Source: Tubiluchus corallicola (Eukaryota > Animalia > Priapulida). Taken from it: DNA of 64,000 nt. A model generated the notes under the pieces. That model saw only the letters and a list, made by a program, of their open reading frames with translations. It was not told the origin of the DNA and ran no database searches. Location: assembly GCA_030141605.1 (NCBI GenBank), contig JAQGDQ010000169.1, positions 310,001-374,000 on the forward strand. Reading direction: 5' to 3'. Positions 1-14,500 of the stretch are shown piece by piece. Every line of letters begins with the position of its first letter. Position 1 is the stretch's first letter. Made by a program: the position numbers and the translations under genes.

Positions 1-1120
1 CTTCCATCAAAAGACGACAGAAACGTGTGACATTAATAGGCTTAATTATATATTATTCTATATTTTTGCAGCACTACATTTTTTCTCCTTGAAGAAGGAG
101 TCAATAAACTAACAAAGGGTAACATAAACCACACTAACTGCAGATAAAAAACAAATTTATTGATGTTACCAGTTATATTCATAAGCTTAACAAATTTATA
201 TTTTATCTGCCCTTTCATGATTTGTTAGTTGAAAGAAGATTGCATTAGCAGTCAAAACGATTTTTCTTGAAACGAGTCAGTGCTAAACTAGAGAATCAGG
301 TTTACCCTTATCATCAGCATAGTGGTCTCTCATATTACATTACATCAGCCATGCATCAGAAATGGGAAAATATTAATTTGCACAATTGCTGAAGTGGACT
401 TGATAAAGCTGCGTAAGCCTCAGGAGTAACGATATTTACTCTGCTGTTATTGAATCGTATCACTACCAAGCATTCAGTTAACTCCGGCTTCAGTACTATC
501 CATGGCTTCATCTAAAATAGAAAATGAATTTAAATTTTGTTTATCTAACATTTATGTAATTATTCTTAAGAGAAAGTTTTTGAAAGTCATTCGCTCCTGA
601 CTGGTTCAAACTGATTTTTTTCTATGAAAATGAGTCTTTAACGTTCACTTTCAAAAACTGAAGCACAGGAAAAGGAAATATTGCGTGGAAAAAGAATGAT
701 TATGTGGAAAACTGGTTCAGATTATTGAAATTAAATGCTAAATTTGTTGGAAAACTTAGTACCATTACTTTTGATAGCGTCTTTTGGAGGCTGCAATGCT
801 GGATTGACACCAGAAATTGCCATTTAGAATTAGTATGCTATAGAGGTTATACCAGTTAGGGTTTCCATTTTTAGTAGTGTTGCTTAGGATTGCACCTCAT
901 TGGCTGCTGGTTTAGATTCACTATACAGGTAATCAGTCAGAACTCCACTTCAGAGAGTGAACAGGTTCAACTCTATGCACTGCCATGTGAGGCCCTCCTC
1001 CGGTTAGCGCAGCATTCCAAAAACAGCTAGATGCAGGATAGTTTTATTCTAGAGATGACCAGTTAGGCTTTTCCGCTTCTAAGACTGCTAGTAATAGGTA
1101 CCACTAAATGCTGAACAACA

Positions 1121-1204
1121 TCTACTCTACTCTACTCTACTCTACTCTACTCTACTCTACTCTACTCTACTCTACTCTACTCTACTCTACTCTACTCTAC
1201 TCTA
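1121..1204. repeat. (TCTAC)n microsatellite
   Basis: Direct reading. Confidence 0.98.
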
Positions 1205-2567
1205 GACTATAGACTATACTGAACAAGATCTACTCTAGGTATATGTGGTACTCTACAGATCGCCACAGTCTCACTTTAAATACCACTGGCTAGGGTTCGC
1301 TACGGAGAAAGACAGAGAAAGAGAAGGAGAGAGAGAGAGAAGGAAGAGAGAGCACCAAATAGGATTCTATTCCATAGATTGGTAGTTGGGGTTTCATCTC
1401 AGAAATTACTTGTTAGTGTTCCTTTCCACAGCTTGTTATTTGAAGCTCAACGACGTCATTTAAACTCCACAAAATCTGTAAAGCTCAATGTATACAAAAA
1501 GACTGTAAATACCACTTGCTCAGCCGAGATGCTATTACAACAACTGAATGTTATAAAGGCGAAATCGGTAGTCTGTTGGTTACTTTGTAAGTGTAAACAG
1601 AAAGTCTGTTAAATGTCGCTAAAGCAAATTTTGCTTTTCTAATAACGTTTCCTTTTGAATAGTTTTCAGAATTCACATCACGCAAACTACGTTGAAAACG
1701 AGCCGTATGGGTAGTCCATACGTGTCGTGCTAACTAGACCCGACGCTACAGACATATAAACATGACATTCACCTTGTAAACAAGCAGCTTTATATTGTCG
1801 CACATATGCATACCCTTAATTACACAGCTAATTGTACATCGGCATAATAGAATCGCACAAGTATCTGTGACTAGTTGTAAACAATTTCCCACGAGTTTTG
1901 CATATCATATTTCGATACAACGATGCATCATACACGGCGATGACACATAATGGTGCATATGGCTTCTGCAATAAGCATGCAGAATCCCGCAAAAAATTAG
2001 ACGTAAAATTTCAATAAACATAGCATAAACATTCAATAACTGAGAAGAGAAATGATGATGCATCTCTCTGCACGGCAAAGAAAAATATGACAAAATCAAT
2101 CACAGCTCGATTTTTTACGATTTTTTCTTTTTCCTATAGATGAAGACAATGTTAGCAAGCTTTTGTAGGTATATAAGTCCTTTGGAATTTCGCTAGGTTG
2201 CACGACAAAGTAATTTTTGCTGATCAATCATTCCCTAAGAAACAAATAACAGGTAGGCCTGTAATCGGGCGGTCTGCAAGTATGCACGCTGCACGTGCAC
2301 ACGGAGAGGGTTAGGGGGCTTGAGCCCCTGCTCTTTTTGTTCTTCATATCAAAAGTGCCCTTTTATAGAAGGATTTATAAAAATGATTTTGGCAGAAGAA
2401 AATTTTTACTTGGGGTCGACTATTTATCCTGCTAATACTAAATCACTATTCAAAAAGTTGGAATGACAGGAATCCCTTAGCTTCCTTTTGTAGGAGGCCC
2501 AAAAATTATGACTGTAGATGAAAATAGGACAGGAAAATAGGACAGTTCTTAAATGAAGCAACAGAAA

Positions 2568-2760
2568 TTATGTTATGTTATATGTTATGTTATGTAATGT
2601 TATGGTTATATTATACATCATATCATATCATATAATATCATATCACATCACATCACATCACACCACATCACATCACATCACACCACACCACACCACACCA
2701 CACTATACTATATATATACATATACATTATAGTATTATATATTACATTGCATTACATTAG
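2568..2760. repeat. Compound pentanucleotide microsatellite
   Basis: TATGT, TATCA, CATCA, CACCA, CTATA and CATTA units in series. Confidence 0.9.
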
Positions 2761-4110
2761 ATTTCGGTTCTATAATATTTACGAAAACCTTGCAAATATA
2801 TTGAAGCAATAATGATTACTGACCCCCTAATGGTCATTAATGTCTATGACTCTATGGCGTGTTGAACACTAAATGAGTGTCAGCGTTAATTAGCCCTTTA
2901 CACGTAAAGTAGTGATTAAAAGTGTTAGGCAAGTGATCAAAATCATACGGCTTTTCAAATTTTACAGTATCTTGGTAAACAGATTTACGGCTTTCAGGGC
3001 TTTCAGTTGATAAAATCTGGGATGTACAGATGAATTTTTAAATAAACACGGAGTTTTTCAAGATTATGTTTTTACTATAACGCTTACATGTAACATCTGC
3101 GCTGGTAGAAAATTGGTCTAATCCATTACTTGGGAAAAAATAAACAGCCAAAAACTAACTAAGCTTTCCTGATTGAAGCCATCTACACTGACGTCATGCG
3201 GCGGACGCAGGATACGTTTCGGCTGGAGTCATTATTGTAGTGAATTATTAATAGAATCATCTAAAAATTTCACATCGCTTTCTGACGGCTTTATAATAGA
3301 GCGTAATAATGGATGCAGTTGGTAATGAGTATAATGAAAGGGTTTAGTTTACTGTCTTTCGAAATGAGTCATTTAACTACGTTTAATTTGTCAAAGACGT
3401 CAATTTGTCAATTTAATTTAACAAATTGCGGCAATATTTTAAACTTGTTAAAAAATGAATAAATTGGTTGATGTTTCACTTCGAATGAAGACAGTGCTAT
3501 TCTTTTTATACTAATTAAAATAAACTGTAAGATCAGTGTGCTGACACATTATATCAATTGAGACTATCCAACTGCACAGGTTTATCATTATCAGGTTTGG
3601 TTTATCATTTATTCATGTCCAATTTGCTCATTATTAAGTCTGTAAATAACACTTTGCTGGACAGTGGCCAGTTAAACAACTTAATGCTGCGGTAATGTAT
3701 TAAGTTAACGAGCAACATTTTTGCTTTGAAGAAATGTTTCAAAAACTATAATTCTGTTTCACTTTTAATTTGTGTCTTATGTGGACGTTTTGGCGAGTTT
3801 GATTTAAACCATTTATGCTGTAACTGTAAATTTTAGCTCATTTCTTATAATGCATGCTACGTTTTTTACATTGTTGATAATTAAAAATAAATAAAAGCGA
3901 AGTAAGTTCTGTGCAGTTGATTTTCTGCGTAGCTGACTGTGTAAAAGATAGTCTGTAAACATAGTGCGAATGAAAAGAATGCGTCGAAGAAGGGATATGA
4001 GGAAGAAAGAGAAAATGAACGCGAAAGAGAGAGAGGGAGAAGAAGAGCGAGTGAGCGAGACAGAGGGAGCGAGTAAGAGAGAAGAGAGAGAGAGAGAAGA
4101 AAAGCGAGAG

Positions 4111-4112
<2 letters not shown>

Positions 4113-4165
<53 letters not shown>
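4113..4165. repeat. (GA)n microsatellite
   Basis: Direct reading. Confidence 0.97.
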
Positions 4166-4168
<3 letters not shown>

Positions 4169-7100
4169 AGAGGGAGAAAAGCAGGTTTTTGATGTTCTGG
4201 CTTGTGGATAGTTACGCCTCGTCTAACGTTTTCATTGCGCCACGATAGCTGAATAATTTATAAAGACGCTGGACAGGCAGCGTAATGAGCCTTAGAAACG
4301 TTTGTAAATTGAACACACAACGAGGAACTGTTGCTGTGATTTTGTAGGCCGTGATTCGAATCAAACACCGCCATTTTATGTGAATATGGGCTTTGCTACT
4401 CAAATTAATTTGCATGCAGATGGTAATGGATGAAGCCTAAATGTGAAGTTCTTGTGAAAGTTGTATGAATTTCACATCTAAATTTACTACTATCATTGGT
4501 ATATCATCATTGTTTTACACACAATTCATTTTTACTAAATTCAAGTTGGATAAAATTTTGCAATAACCGCAGCAGCTGCATATATTCAAAGCATAATTCT
4601 TAGTCATTTGTCTAGGTTTCTGAGTAATTGAGCAAGTTACTGCAAGTGAATGCCAAAAAACTCATTCACTAAATATAATCAAATTAATTGTTTTAAGCAA
4701 TAACATATTTTGTATAGAGCCTTTTCTAAACTCTCACATACCGTCAGATGTATAGGACATTTACTTTACAGACTCATTGAACTGTTGTTATTACCGGCCA
4801 GACAAAAATACAGCACTAAATTCAAGGACCCCTTTAATCCACAATTACCTTGACACCCAGGCCTAACGTCGAATGTTACAGTTAGTTTGCTTTCTGCTGC
4901 CACATTTTGAAACTAGACCACATCAAACATTTCTTTTTCTAACAAAATTTTTATTGTAGTTGGGGGGAGAAACGAATTTAAATTTTTGGACTTATAACCT
5001 TGCGGTATAATTGTAATTATTCTACTACGTGAAACCATCTTAATAGAGTATTAAAGACTAATTATTGTCTGTGAGTCTCTTTCTGAACTGATAAGCAATG
5101 ACAATCAGTTTAGGCTTCGTGTTTAATTTCATGTTATGATACTTGTTTTGGCAGATCCATTGCAACAAATAAAATGAATTGTTTAGTATAAGTCTGCAGG
5201 TTATGTTAGTGCCACTGTGTGTTTGTGCGTGCGTGCGTGCGTGCGTGCGTGCGTGTGCGTGTGTATGTAGTATTAGCTTTGTATATGAAGGATTACAGTT
5301 TTTTTACACAATTTTTGCAGTGTTTTATGCACTAATAAATATCATATACAAATGCATGTTCTTGACATTTGTGATATTCAGTTTATTATAAAACAAATAA
5401 AGATTTTCAGACAAATAAATGAAACTAAAAGCTTAGGGCCTGAGTGTTCAGTAACGTCCAAGTTTCTTCGCGACCATATAGTGTCTGCTTGATGCTTTTG
5501 CTAAATTTTGCTAAAATGGGTCATCAGTGCCAAAACGGAAAGATAAGCCGCGTAGATGTAAAGGAGGGTTTACATTTTCGCCAAATGTGGCGCATTTTAT
5601 AATAGTATTCTTAAAAATATTCAGCTAATAAAGTAAACTACTAATTTTTCGGCAGAAAATTTTGTACGTAACGCACAGCAACAGCTCATCCACGGAGCAA
5701 AAATACTGTATAACAAACAAAAGTTTTCTATGAATCAGTGTGTGTTTCTGCTCTGTTACGCTTACCTGGCCTCTAGTAACAGGTGAGTACAGACGGGAAA
5801 TTTTATTGTTCTAATTGAGCGGCTACATCAATCACATACAATGCTGTCAAAGTGAAGCAGAATTATAGAAATCAATAAGTCAACTGTGGTCTTTTTATGG
5901 GCGAAAGCAAACGCATTTACAGCCTTGTAAGGAAAGAAGCCATAAAAAGAATTTATGGTTGCCTTAAATGTAATAGTTTTGGTGGAATGAGCAGCCCAAA
6001 TTCTTCAAGCGTTGGTCTAATCTGGCGTCTTCGTTCATTGTTTGCAAATAATTAACACTGATATTTAAGAGAATGAACAGAGAGAAGAAAATGAGATTGA
6101 TGGAAAATGGAAGAATGAGAGAGGGGAGGGGCGAAGAAGGGAAAGCGAGAGAGAGAGAAAGGAGAGAGAGAAGAGACGACAGAGAGACAGTGGGAAAGGA
6201 GAGCGTGTAAGAGAGAGATGAGAGAAAGAGAGAAAGGACAGAAAGAAAGAGATGGGGAGACTAAAACGGGTAGCTATAAAAGGTTGTAAATGATTTCCCT
6301 TAGACTAAGGCAAACTTTATGAATTTTGAAGAGATATTAACGTTTGCCTAAAATTACATTAAACTATAAAACAATGTTTCTTTAGTTACATAAGATTGGA
6401 AAGTTACCTAAGAGACTTAATTTCGGGATTTTTCACAGACATTTAAACTGCTTTTAAAAACCATTTGCTGCAAATGCGTTATGTGTACGTAGTAACATTA
6501 TTTATTTTAATATTAGCCACTATATTCACCAAAATTTATTTGTATGTTTGTGCCTTTACACATAACGCAACAAAATTATAATTTCTGTAGCTTTGGAAGC
6601 GCGGTTTGGCGCATACGTGTATCAACTCCATATCTGCAATTTATTCCATTAAGCTTAAGTGTGCATTGCCTATCTTTTACTTACATATAAAACAAGGTTT
6701 TTTGTGGTTGTTGTTAGAAATAATAATCGTTGATGACTTTCTGTTTATCTAACCCGTTACACTGTTTTGCTAGGCTTCACGCAAAATGAAGCTTTAAAGG
6801 CAAAGTGCCTGTATTCAGTGTGTTGCCGTTAATCACGTGTGCACAAGCATAACGTATGCGGTGTGTTACGCACTGCTAATTAGGTTTTGTTCTGCCCTAT
6901 AATTTAAATTCATAATTGATTTAGTAAAGTGGAGAAAATTTACAGTGTAGCAAACCTAATTACGAGGAAAATTCTGCATCACAGTTTGTGTGTGCGTTGG
7001 GGGGGGGGGATGTTTGTTGGCGGATTAGTGCTGCTTTTTAAATATTTGCGCGAGAACCAAGTCACCACTATGAAAAAAATTGTTCAGCAAATGTTTATCA

Positions 7101-8318
7101 AATGTTCAAATCTGGAGCTAATATGCGCGAAAGAGCATAAATATTGCGGCATGGCTGAGTGGTCACGGTGTCTTCTCCTTTTCTGTTTCTATTTATCTCA
7201 CTTTGATGGGAAACGTGCCGAAATACTAGGTCAAGTGTACACGCAAGATAACTGTTTCAAGAAATTATCCAACAGTTTCTCTTCAGGCGTCTTTTTTCTG
7301 AAAATGTCTTTGTCGTTGATTGGATTTCTCTTGGCGCAAACGAACTTTACAAACCTTTGAATTGGAAATGTCTTGATATGCTGACGGTCCTTGTGGTATA
7401 CGCAAGGTTTTCGGTTTCCGTTACTTTCCGTCATGCTGTAACGGCAAAGATAAATATATTTGGGCGATGAAGTTTAGCTAATGTCGTGATTAGAGCCTTG
7501 ATTAAGCTAATAGTAACTAATTTTCTGAGACATCGGTAGTGGCAGCAACAGCAGTAGCAACAGCGGCGGTAATAGCAAACAGCAGCAGTGAACACGTTTC
7601 ACTTATGATGCCTTCATGTTTTTTGCATAGTTAGCTAAATAGCAAATATAGACGGTGGAGTAAATATGAAAGCTTGTAAATTTCTCGAAATTTCTAACTC
7701 CTAACTTTAATTTTTCCTTACGAACGCACCAACGTCAAATTCAATATTTCTAAAAAAACTTTGCTTAGTGTTTTAAAACTGGACGTGTAACTGAAATTTC
7801 CAACCTAATAGCGTTGATGTTAGTTCCACTGCAATTGCTTGGCATGAAGAAATTGAGTAAAATTTTGTACAAAACGAGCAAACGTAGTTCTAACTAGTTT
7901 TAACTAAGTGGAGGCGGGAAGCTTAAAAGCTTCGGATGGGAGTGGTTGCCATGTTACGGCGCTCATGGGCTTTCACTCGAATGTGTCGGAATTAGAGATC
8001 CGTTTACACACGGTTGCTCTGCTTTCGATATTGTTTGACTTTAATTTGCTATCAGGATGAGGTTTCAACTTTTTGGCGGAACACGAGATATTAATTTAGT
8101 GACAGTGGATATCAATTATAGATGGGTACGCAGTCACAACGAAGTGATCATAATAGATAACTGACTTAACTGATATATTTATTGAACCACCGCTACAAAA
8201 ATTTAGAAAGCGACAGCAAGCTAAAAAACAAACAAATAAGATTAAATTGACAAGGAGACGTTTATCAGAGACAACATCCCCTTGCATCAGTTATTTTAAT
8301 GAAGAAGAAGAAGAAGAC

Positions 8319-8363
<45 letters not shown>
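8319..8363. repeat. (GAT)n microsatellite
   Basis: Direct reading. Confidence 0.97.
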
Positions 8364-8428
8364 AATGATAACGCGCGAGAGTGGTGGTGTTGGTGGTATG
8401 ATGGCAGTGAGCCGACGACTAGACAATA

Positions 8429-9614
8429 TGTCAGTAACAATGAATAATACGATGAGCTCAAGATATAAATGTTATTTTCAAAGACATTTCTTACTTTCTT
8501 TTTTCAAACTACATATCACGTTACACTTCCTTTGCTGTTGTTTTATTCATCATTTTCGCACTGATCTCTAGAATTTGTGTTATATCCTCAACATTGTCGC
8601 CTTGGCGTGTATTGTTCAATGTAATGATCTCAATTAGATCTCTTTTTCAAAGGAAGCATCGAAGTCTTTCACGGAATTTCTAACTTTATTGCTTTCATTT
8701 TCAGGAAAAATACAATGGAGAAAATTAAAGAGGCATTGGACAAAGTCTCAAATTTGTTTCAAAAAGTCATGACTGAATAATAATGATTATTATAGCCGTT
8801 TGGGCCGCCTTTCAATTTACTACGGTAATAACAGATCATACAGGTACGTAATTCATCCAAATTTTAAATTTTTCACAGTTTTATTAAGGGAACTTGCACA
8901 AACTAATGTATTAATATGCATTGCGGTTGGACACGTGTGAAGTGGAGCTCAAGATCATAAGAAAAAGTTCAAACTAGAGTAAAAAAACCAAATGGCTACA
9001 CATGTGTATTGTTCAACATAATAAAAATCACTGGCGGATTCATGGGTAGTAAAGTTTTATTCTTTTTTACAAGAAAAAAAAACAAAAAAAAACAGATATC
9101 TGGAAATCCATTGCGGGTTTCATCATCAGTGATGTGATTATGTAATGATTAATTATTCTATGTCCTGATTAGTAGTGTCATAATTATACTGATTATTGTT
9201 TTGGATTAATTTAAAGCATTGAAAGTGGCAGTTGCCGTCGAAACCACCGAAACTAATAAACAACATGTTAATTCCTAGAGGTTGGTTCTTTCATGTAGAA
9301 AGATTTTTATACTGATGCTCAGTAAATTTACCACATATGTTTAGGCTATTTTCATTTTCAACACTGTTGTGTAGCTGAGGCTGGACAGTTGCCCAAGAAC
9401 ACGAAAGAGCTGATTGTTTTTGTGTCGACTACACACTGAGATGATTTAATCTACTATGTTAATTTCGGTGGTTATATATAGCCAAGGCGACAATGTTGAG
9501 GATATAACACAAGTTCTAGAGATCAGTGCCAAAAATGATGAATAAAACAACAGAAATGTCTTTGAAAATAACATTAATATCTTGAGCTTATCGTATTATT
9601 GGTTGTTACTGACA
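8429..9614. repeat. Inverted repeat pair (arms about 8429-8606 and 9481-9614)
   Basis: The right arm GCCAAGGCGACAATGTTGAGGATATAACAC...TTGTTACTGACA is the near reverse complement of the left arm; the left arm carries an extra internal segment. Confidence 0.9.
8783..8843 (+). CDS. Candidate first coding exon of the receptor (signal-peptide-like [20 protein letters not shown])
   Basis: Acceptor TTTCATTTTCAG ends at 8704; first in-frame ATG after a TGA is at 8783; donor CAG|GTACGT is phase 1, matching the exon at 11612; hydrophobic N-terminus. Confidence 0.55.
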
Positions 9615-11496
9615 ATGTATATCTATATTGTTATGCGGGGTGAAATGCCATTTATTTTCGACCCACCCCTCTATGTTGTGGTGGCTCGCCCATACGAACC
9701 CATTGCATATTAGCGTTGAATACCAGGTATGAAATGGCCTCCTCCGTTCATTGGGCTGAAGGCCAGGTGCGTTTTCCACCTCAGCACCTGTTCCATAATG
9801 ACAACCGGCATGGAGCATAATGGATTAGATATCTGGCGAGTTACTTAATTCTATAATTTCACGTTTACTACTACTTTTTTGTGTTTTCTTCACATTACGC
9901 CGTGACATGCTTATAAGCACTATCCGCTGTACGTTACCATATATCGAGGCCACCTGGATGAACGAGGCAAAAAACTTCCAAAAATGGCCTTTTTTGCTCC
10001 CGGTTTTATACAAACCTATACCTCTTACTTCTGAAGATTGGGAAGGTGGGGGGGTGTCTGGGGATGTGCCAGTAATGGTTGAATAGTCCGTTTAACGGTG
10101 GGTGGCAAATTTAGATTTCACATGAAGGCCATGGTCTCCCACAACGGGCGTTTTCCCGGACCCAACTCCAAATTTATTCGAAATTTTGACCAAACATTCT
10201 GTAGAAAAAACATTCTTGCGGCGCCTGGTGGGAGTTTCGAGAGGAGATATATAGCTCTTTAAAAAGACGAGAAATAGGGCTACACGACGATGTGAGTTAC
10301 ATTTGAGGATGCCTCCACCAAAAGGAGTGGCGACTAGTTTGATTAGAGGTTTCATTTTCGGCAATTCTCGCTTGGAAAACTGCTGACGCAAAGCCATTGT
10401 TATGACGTCATTCCATTGTAACTTTGTTTAAGTGTTGTAACGTTGATCTATTACTATGATCAAAAGGAGCAGTTTGCAAACACTGTAGAATGTCCGTGCA
10501 TTATTGATCATTGGTGGATGGGTCTAAGAGCTTTTGTTACAGCACACGGTTTCAACTTTGTGCAAAATGTTTTGCAAGGTTACGCTATAATGCTGTGCTA
10601 TTGGTGTTAGTGTTATCGATGTTGTCATCGTTGTCGTCGTCATCATCGTCATTATCATCATCACCATGTGATGTAGTGGGTTTGGTGTGGCATGGTGTGG
10701 GTGGCGTGGTGTGGGAGTAATTTTATATGGTGTGGTGTGGTGTGTTGTAGATGATGTTAGTGTAGTATAGTGGGTGTGGTGTGTTCGTGCGTGATGTTGG
10801 AGCTGTGCTGTGGGTGGTGTGATGTGGGTGGTGTAGTGTGGTGGATGTGGTATGGTTTGTTATTGTGGGTTTATTGCAAATTTTTTGCGGGGTCTTGGCT
10901 AGTATTACATTATTTATACTATTTTACTCTCTATCCCTTACCACACCCATCTTTACCTTTATCAGCGAAAGCTTGTCTGTTGTTGCTGCGGCGTATTTTG
11001 TCCATTCATTAGGGCAGCAGCTATTATGTATATTGCATATTGAGCATGTTTCTCTGCTGCTACAACCATCTCTCCATTTACCTAGCTACATTTACCATTT
11101 GCTTTGTTTCCTCTTGGCTTCCTGGTAAACTTTGCTCCTTCATTAACTTCCTTTCTAATTGAACTGAATCCCGAAGACGGCCAAAACCAGCTTGCTTATG
11201 AAGAGACAATTTTTACCCTGGTTTTTCTGCTCTTTCAAAAGCTGTTCATAGTAATGTCGATACTGCAGATTTAGAGTTGCACTCACGTTATTAGGTCGTA
11301 TTACTAAAGCTATAAAAGCACGAACGCAAAATGTGCATCAGTGCCGTCTTCTGCGTATGTTTCAACAAAGACAACTGACACAATAAATACACATTTGGGA
11401 TGGGGCTATGATGATGGTGTGGTGGCATTGGGTACGATGATAATGATGATGACGACAACGGTGGTTAGTTACGATGTTGTTGTTGCTGCTGCTGCC

Positions 11497-11528
<32 letters not shown>

Positions 11529-14500
11529 GTGATAGTGATAGTGATAGTGATAACGAAGTTGATGATAGCTTGTAGTGCTACAAAAACTTTAAATGCTGAA
11601 CATTGACGCAGAGTTATCACGGTCATGCCATGACCTGTGGTTATACCACGAAGTCCGTGAATCCGGAGAATATGCCATCGATCCGGATGAAGATGGACCA
11701 CTTTCAGCATTTACTGTCCAGTGTCTGATGGGAAGTGACGTCAGAGATGTGACAACTGTTGTACATCATATGCAAGAAGAACGGGCGAGAGTTAAAGGCT
11801 ATGAATTACAAGGTAACTATTAAAAATTATTAAAGGAAACTATTTTCATTACTATAGGCTATAGCTATTGAAAAGTTCTTACCTTCTGTGTTGCTGTCTT
11901 GTGTTTGTGCGTGCATGTAAGTTTGGATATTATAATTAACAACCAATTTAAAATCATCGTTCTAACGTTATCACTATCTCTAAACCTTTACCTCTTTTTC
12001 GGTACGTAAGACCTGTGTAATAAATTACCATTCCAATTATTGTGCGGTCATCGACTTCATTAACTTCAAAAGCAATAATGCAAAATAATTTTAATGTGTT
12101 TTAATGATGAAAAAGGCTAATAACAAGTGCAAAAATGTTTGCAAAATATAGCACTACTCGGACTTGATGACCGGTTGACGGACAGCTTGATGATCACTAA
12201 AGGCGTCATAACATTCTTACTTTTGACGTGGACGTGCCATGAATTTTTTTAGCTCATGTGGCGCAAAATTAGCCCAAGGCCAAGCTGAAGGCCTTTGGGC
12301 ACATCACGATACTTAAAGTATGATTAAACTAGACGTAAATGGAATCAATCAACAATTCATTGACCACATTACAGTAAAGAAAGTTTTGTGACATGACACA
12401 TACTCCGCATAAACGGGAGTTTCACTTACACTTACTACAAAGATACGGCTGAAATGCATTTTGAAATTGAGAGAGCACAACTTATAAAGTTTGATGGATC
12501 TTACTCTTGTATTTCATTTTCTTACTTTTACTGAAATCAGGTGCTAGAATGTGACACGCAGCACGTCTTACTGAAACATATAATAATTCAGTGTAAAAGT
12601 TCGATTTATCAATATTTATACTGTCACGTGCAAAGCAGCTGTTTTCTTACTCGCGTCGATTATCCTTGTTCAGCTAGACGACATTATTTTCGACTAAATT
12701 GTGCAGGTTATTGGATCATATAATGAAACCAATTTCAAAACTAATGAGCCTATGGAGCATAATATAAATCGACCGTCTAAACGTGCTCCCAGAGTACGAC
12801 GGTTGAATTAAGCATGGGGTCTGGAAAAATGGCTCATAGATCAATTTATGATTGTAAATTATCGTAAGAAAGTTACTCGCCGACCTTGTTATAATTGATA
12901 TTTATTTTAAACTCAGATTTATTTTGCCCAATAACAGAACAGTCCTACGTGGGTAGCTGTTAAAATATCAATTTTTTTAAACTAAGAAACAGGAAATTGG
13001 TGGACATCATGACGCTTAACTGTCAATGTTTAACAGTATGGCAAAGTTTATTATTTGTTATTAGGTAAAGGCTAAATTACAAGGTAAAGACTTGCTGCCA
13101 AACGAATTGACGCATTTACAAATCACAAATGCTGGCTGCGTCACTAATACTATCAAGATTACTATAAAAATTCTGCTCCTCAGTATAAAGTATATACTTG
13201 ACTTTATTAGTGAAATCTGTTTGCTCCAAATACATTCCTTGAAAGTGTTGTTAAGTTAATTGTTTCATAGGAAAAATGGTTAAATAATTCAAAACAGAAC
13301 CGCCTAAGGTCATGAATTTTTTTTAGCGAAATTGCTATATATAGAAAGCTAAACTGAATTCCGGAAAGGTGTCTCAATAGTCAGCTTTCACGCTGTTGCC
13401 CTCAATTGCGACAATACGGCTTCTGTGCGCAGTGACACGTTTTTCTATACATGAACCATATTTACCTTAACAGCTCTGGGGTTAGTCATATAGATGAATA
13501 TACATTTGCTGTTATATTTTGTCAATGCTTTTTGTTAAAACGTGTGCACACTCTTATAGGATCATACGAGCTAAACGTGGTTTACAGCAATGCAACATAC
13601 GAACAGGTGGAAGCCCTCATTGATATCAGTACCGCATGTGAACAGTATATCAAATGGGAGTGCAAGGTAAACATTTATTTTACCTGGTGCAAGTTAGAAG
13701 TGAATTTAGAACATTTGCTACTTTGTATTAATTCACTTTTGTTCGAATTCCCCATTCACAGCGATACGTCCTTTTATCAAAGATTGCTACATATTGAAGC
13801 AAAACTCACGTCGTATATTAAATGTCATGTGTGGAATTTACTCTTAACTCTGTAGTAGTTGTATATTTCTGGGTTTATTAATTTATTGTGTTAATGTGTG
13901 TGTTTTGTTTCTTGTTTAAATATTTAAAATGATTTGTGCTATGAACCATTAACTTGAAATAAAAAACTATATAAAAAATTAGAATCTGTCACCCTTTCAC
14001 AGCGATGCATCTCTTTAGTTTATTTACTAAAAGGATGCACAATTATTAATTACACTTTGCTTCTTGCCTTCTTCAACCTACTTTATTTTTCTGTCTCTCT
14101 CTCTCTTCATCTCTCCCTCTCTCGCTCTCTCTCTCTCCCTCTTTCTCTGTCTATTTTTCTTTCGCCTTACTCTCATTTTCTTCCCCTTTCCCCTTCTGCT
14201 CTGTCATCGTTCTGTGCGAATTATTTGCTCGCATTCTCTTATCACCGTGCGAGACATTAGTCTCCATTAGCTCTCGGTTAATCTTCAGCATAGTATTATT
14301 GACCCTCCTCGTGCATTCATTTTGCAGTGAAGGTCGACAGAAATAAAAACGATTCCCCCTTTCATTATCCGGCAAACGGAAGCCAATTGGCCTTATCAGC
14401 TACGGTTTCTGATTAACTGCTAATATAGCTATTCTCGGGCTCGATTTTATGTTATTCGTCCCATACAAATGCCCTGTTTGCATTGAACCGCACGAAATGT

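Noticed and set aside
1-8400. Possible upstream gene or 5' UTR exons (e.g. donor CAG|GTGAGT at 5782, ORF 6929-7360)
   Set aside because: No recognisable protein motifs; isolated splice-like sites cannot be linked without transcript data.
10280-10380. Faint resemblance of [20 protein letters not shown] to Penelope-like RT C-terminal motifs
   Set aside because: Too short and no flanking RT or GIY-YIG motifs were found.
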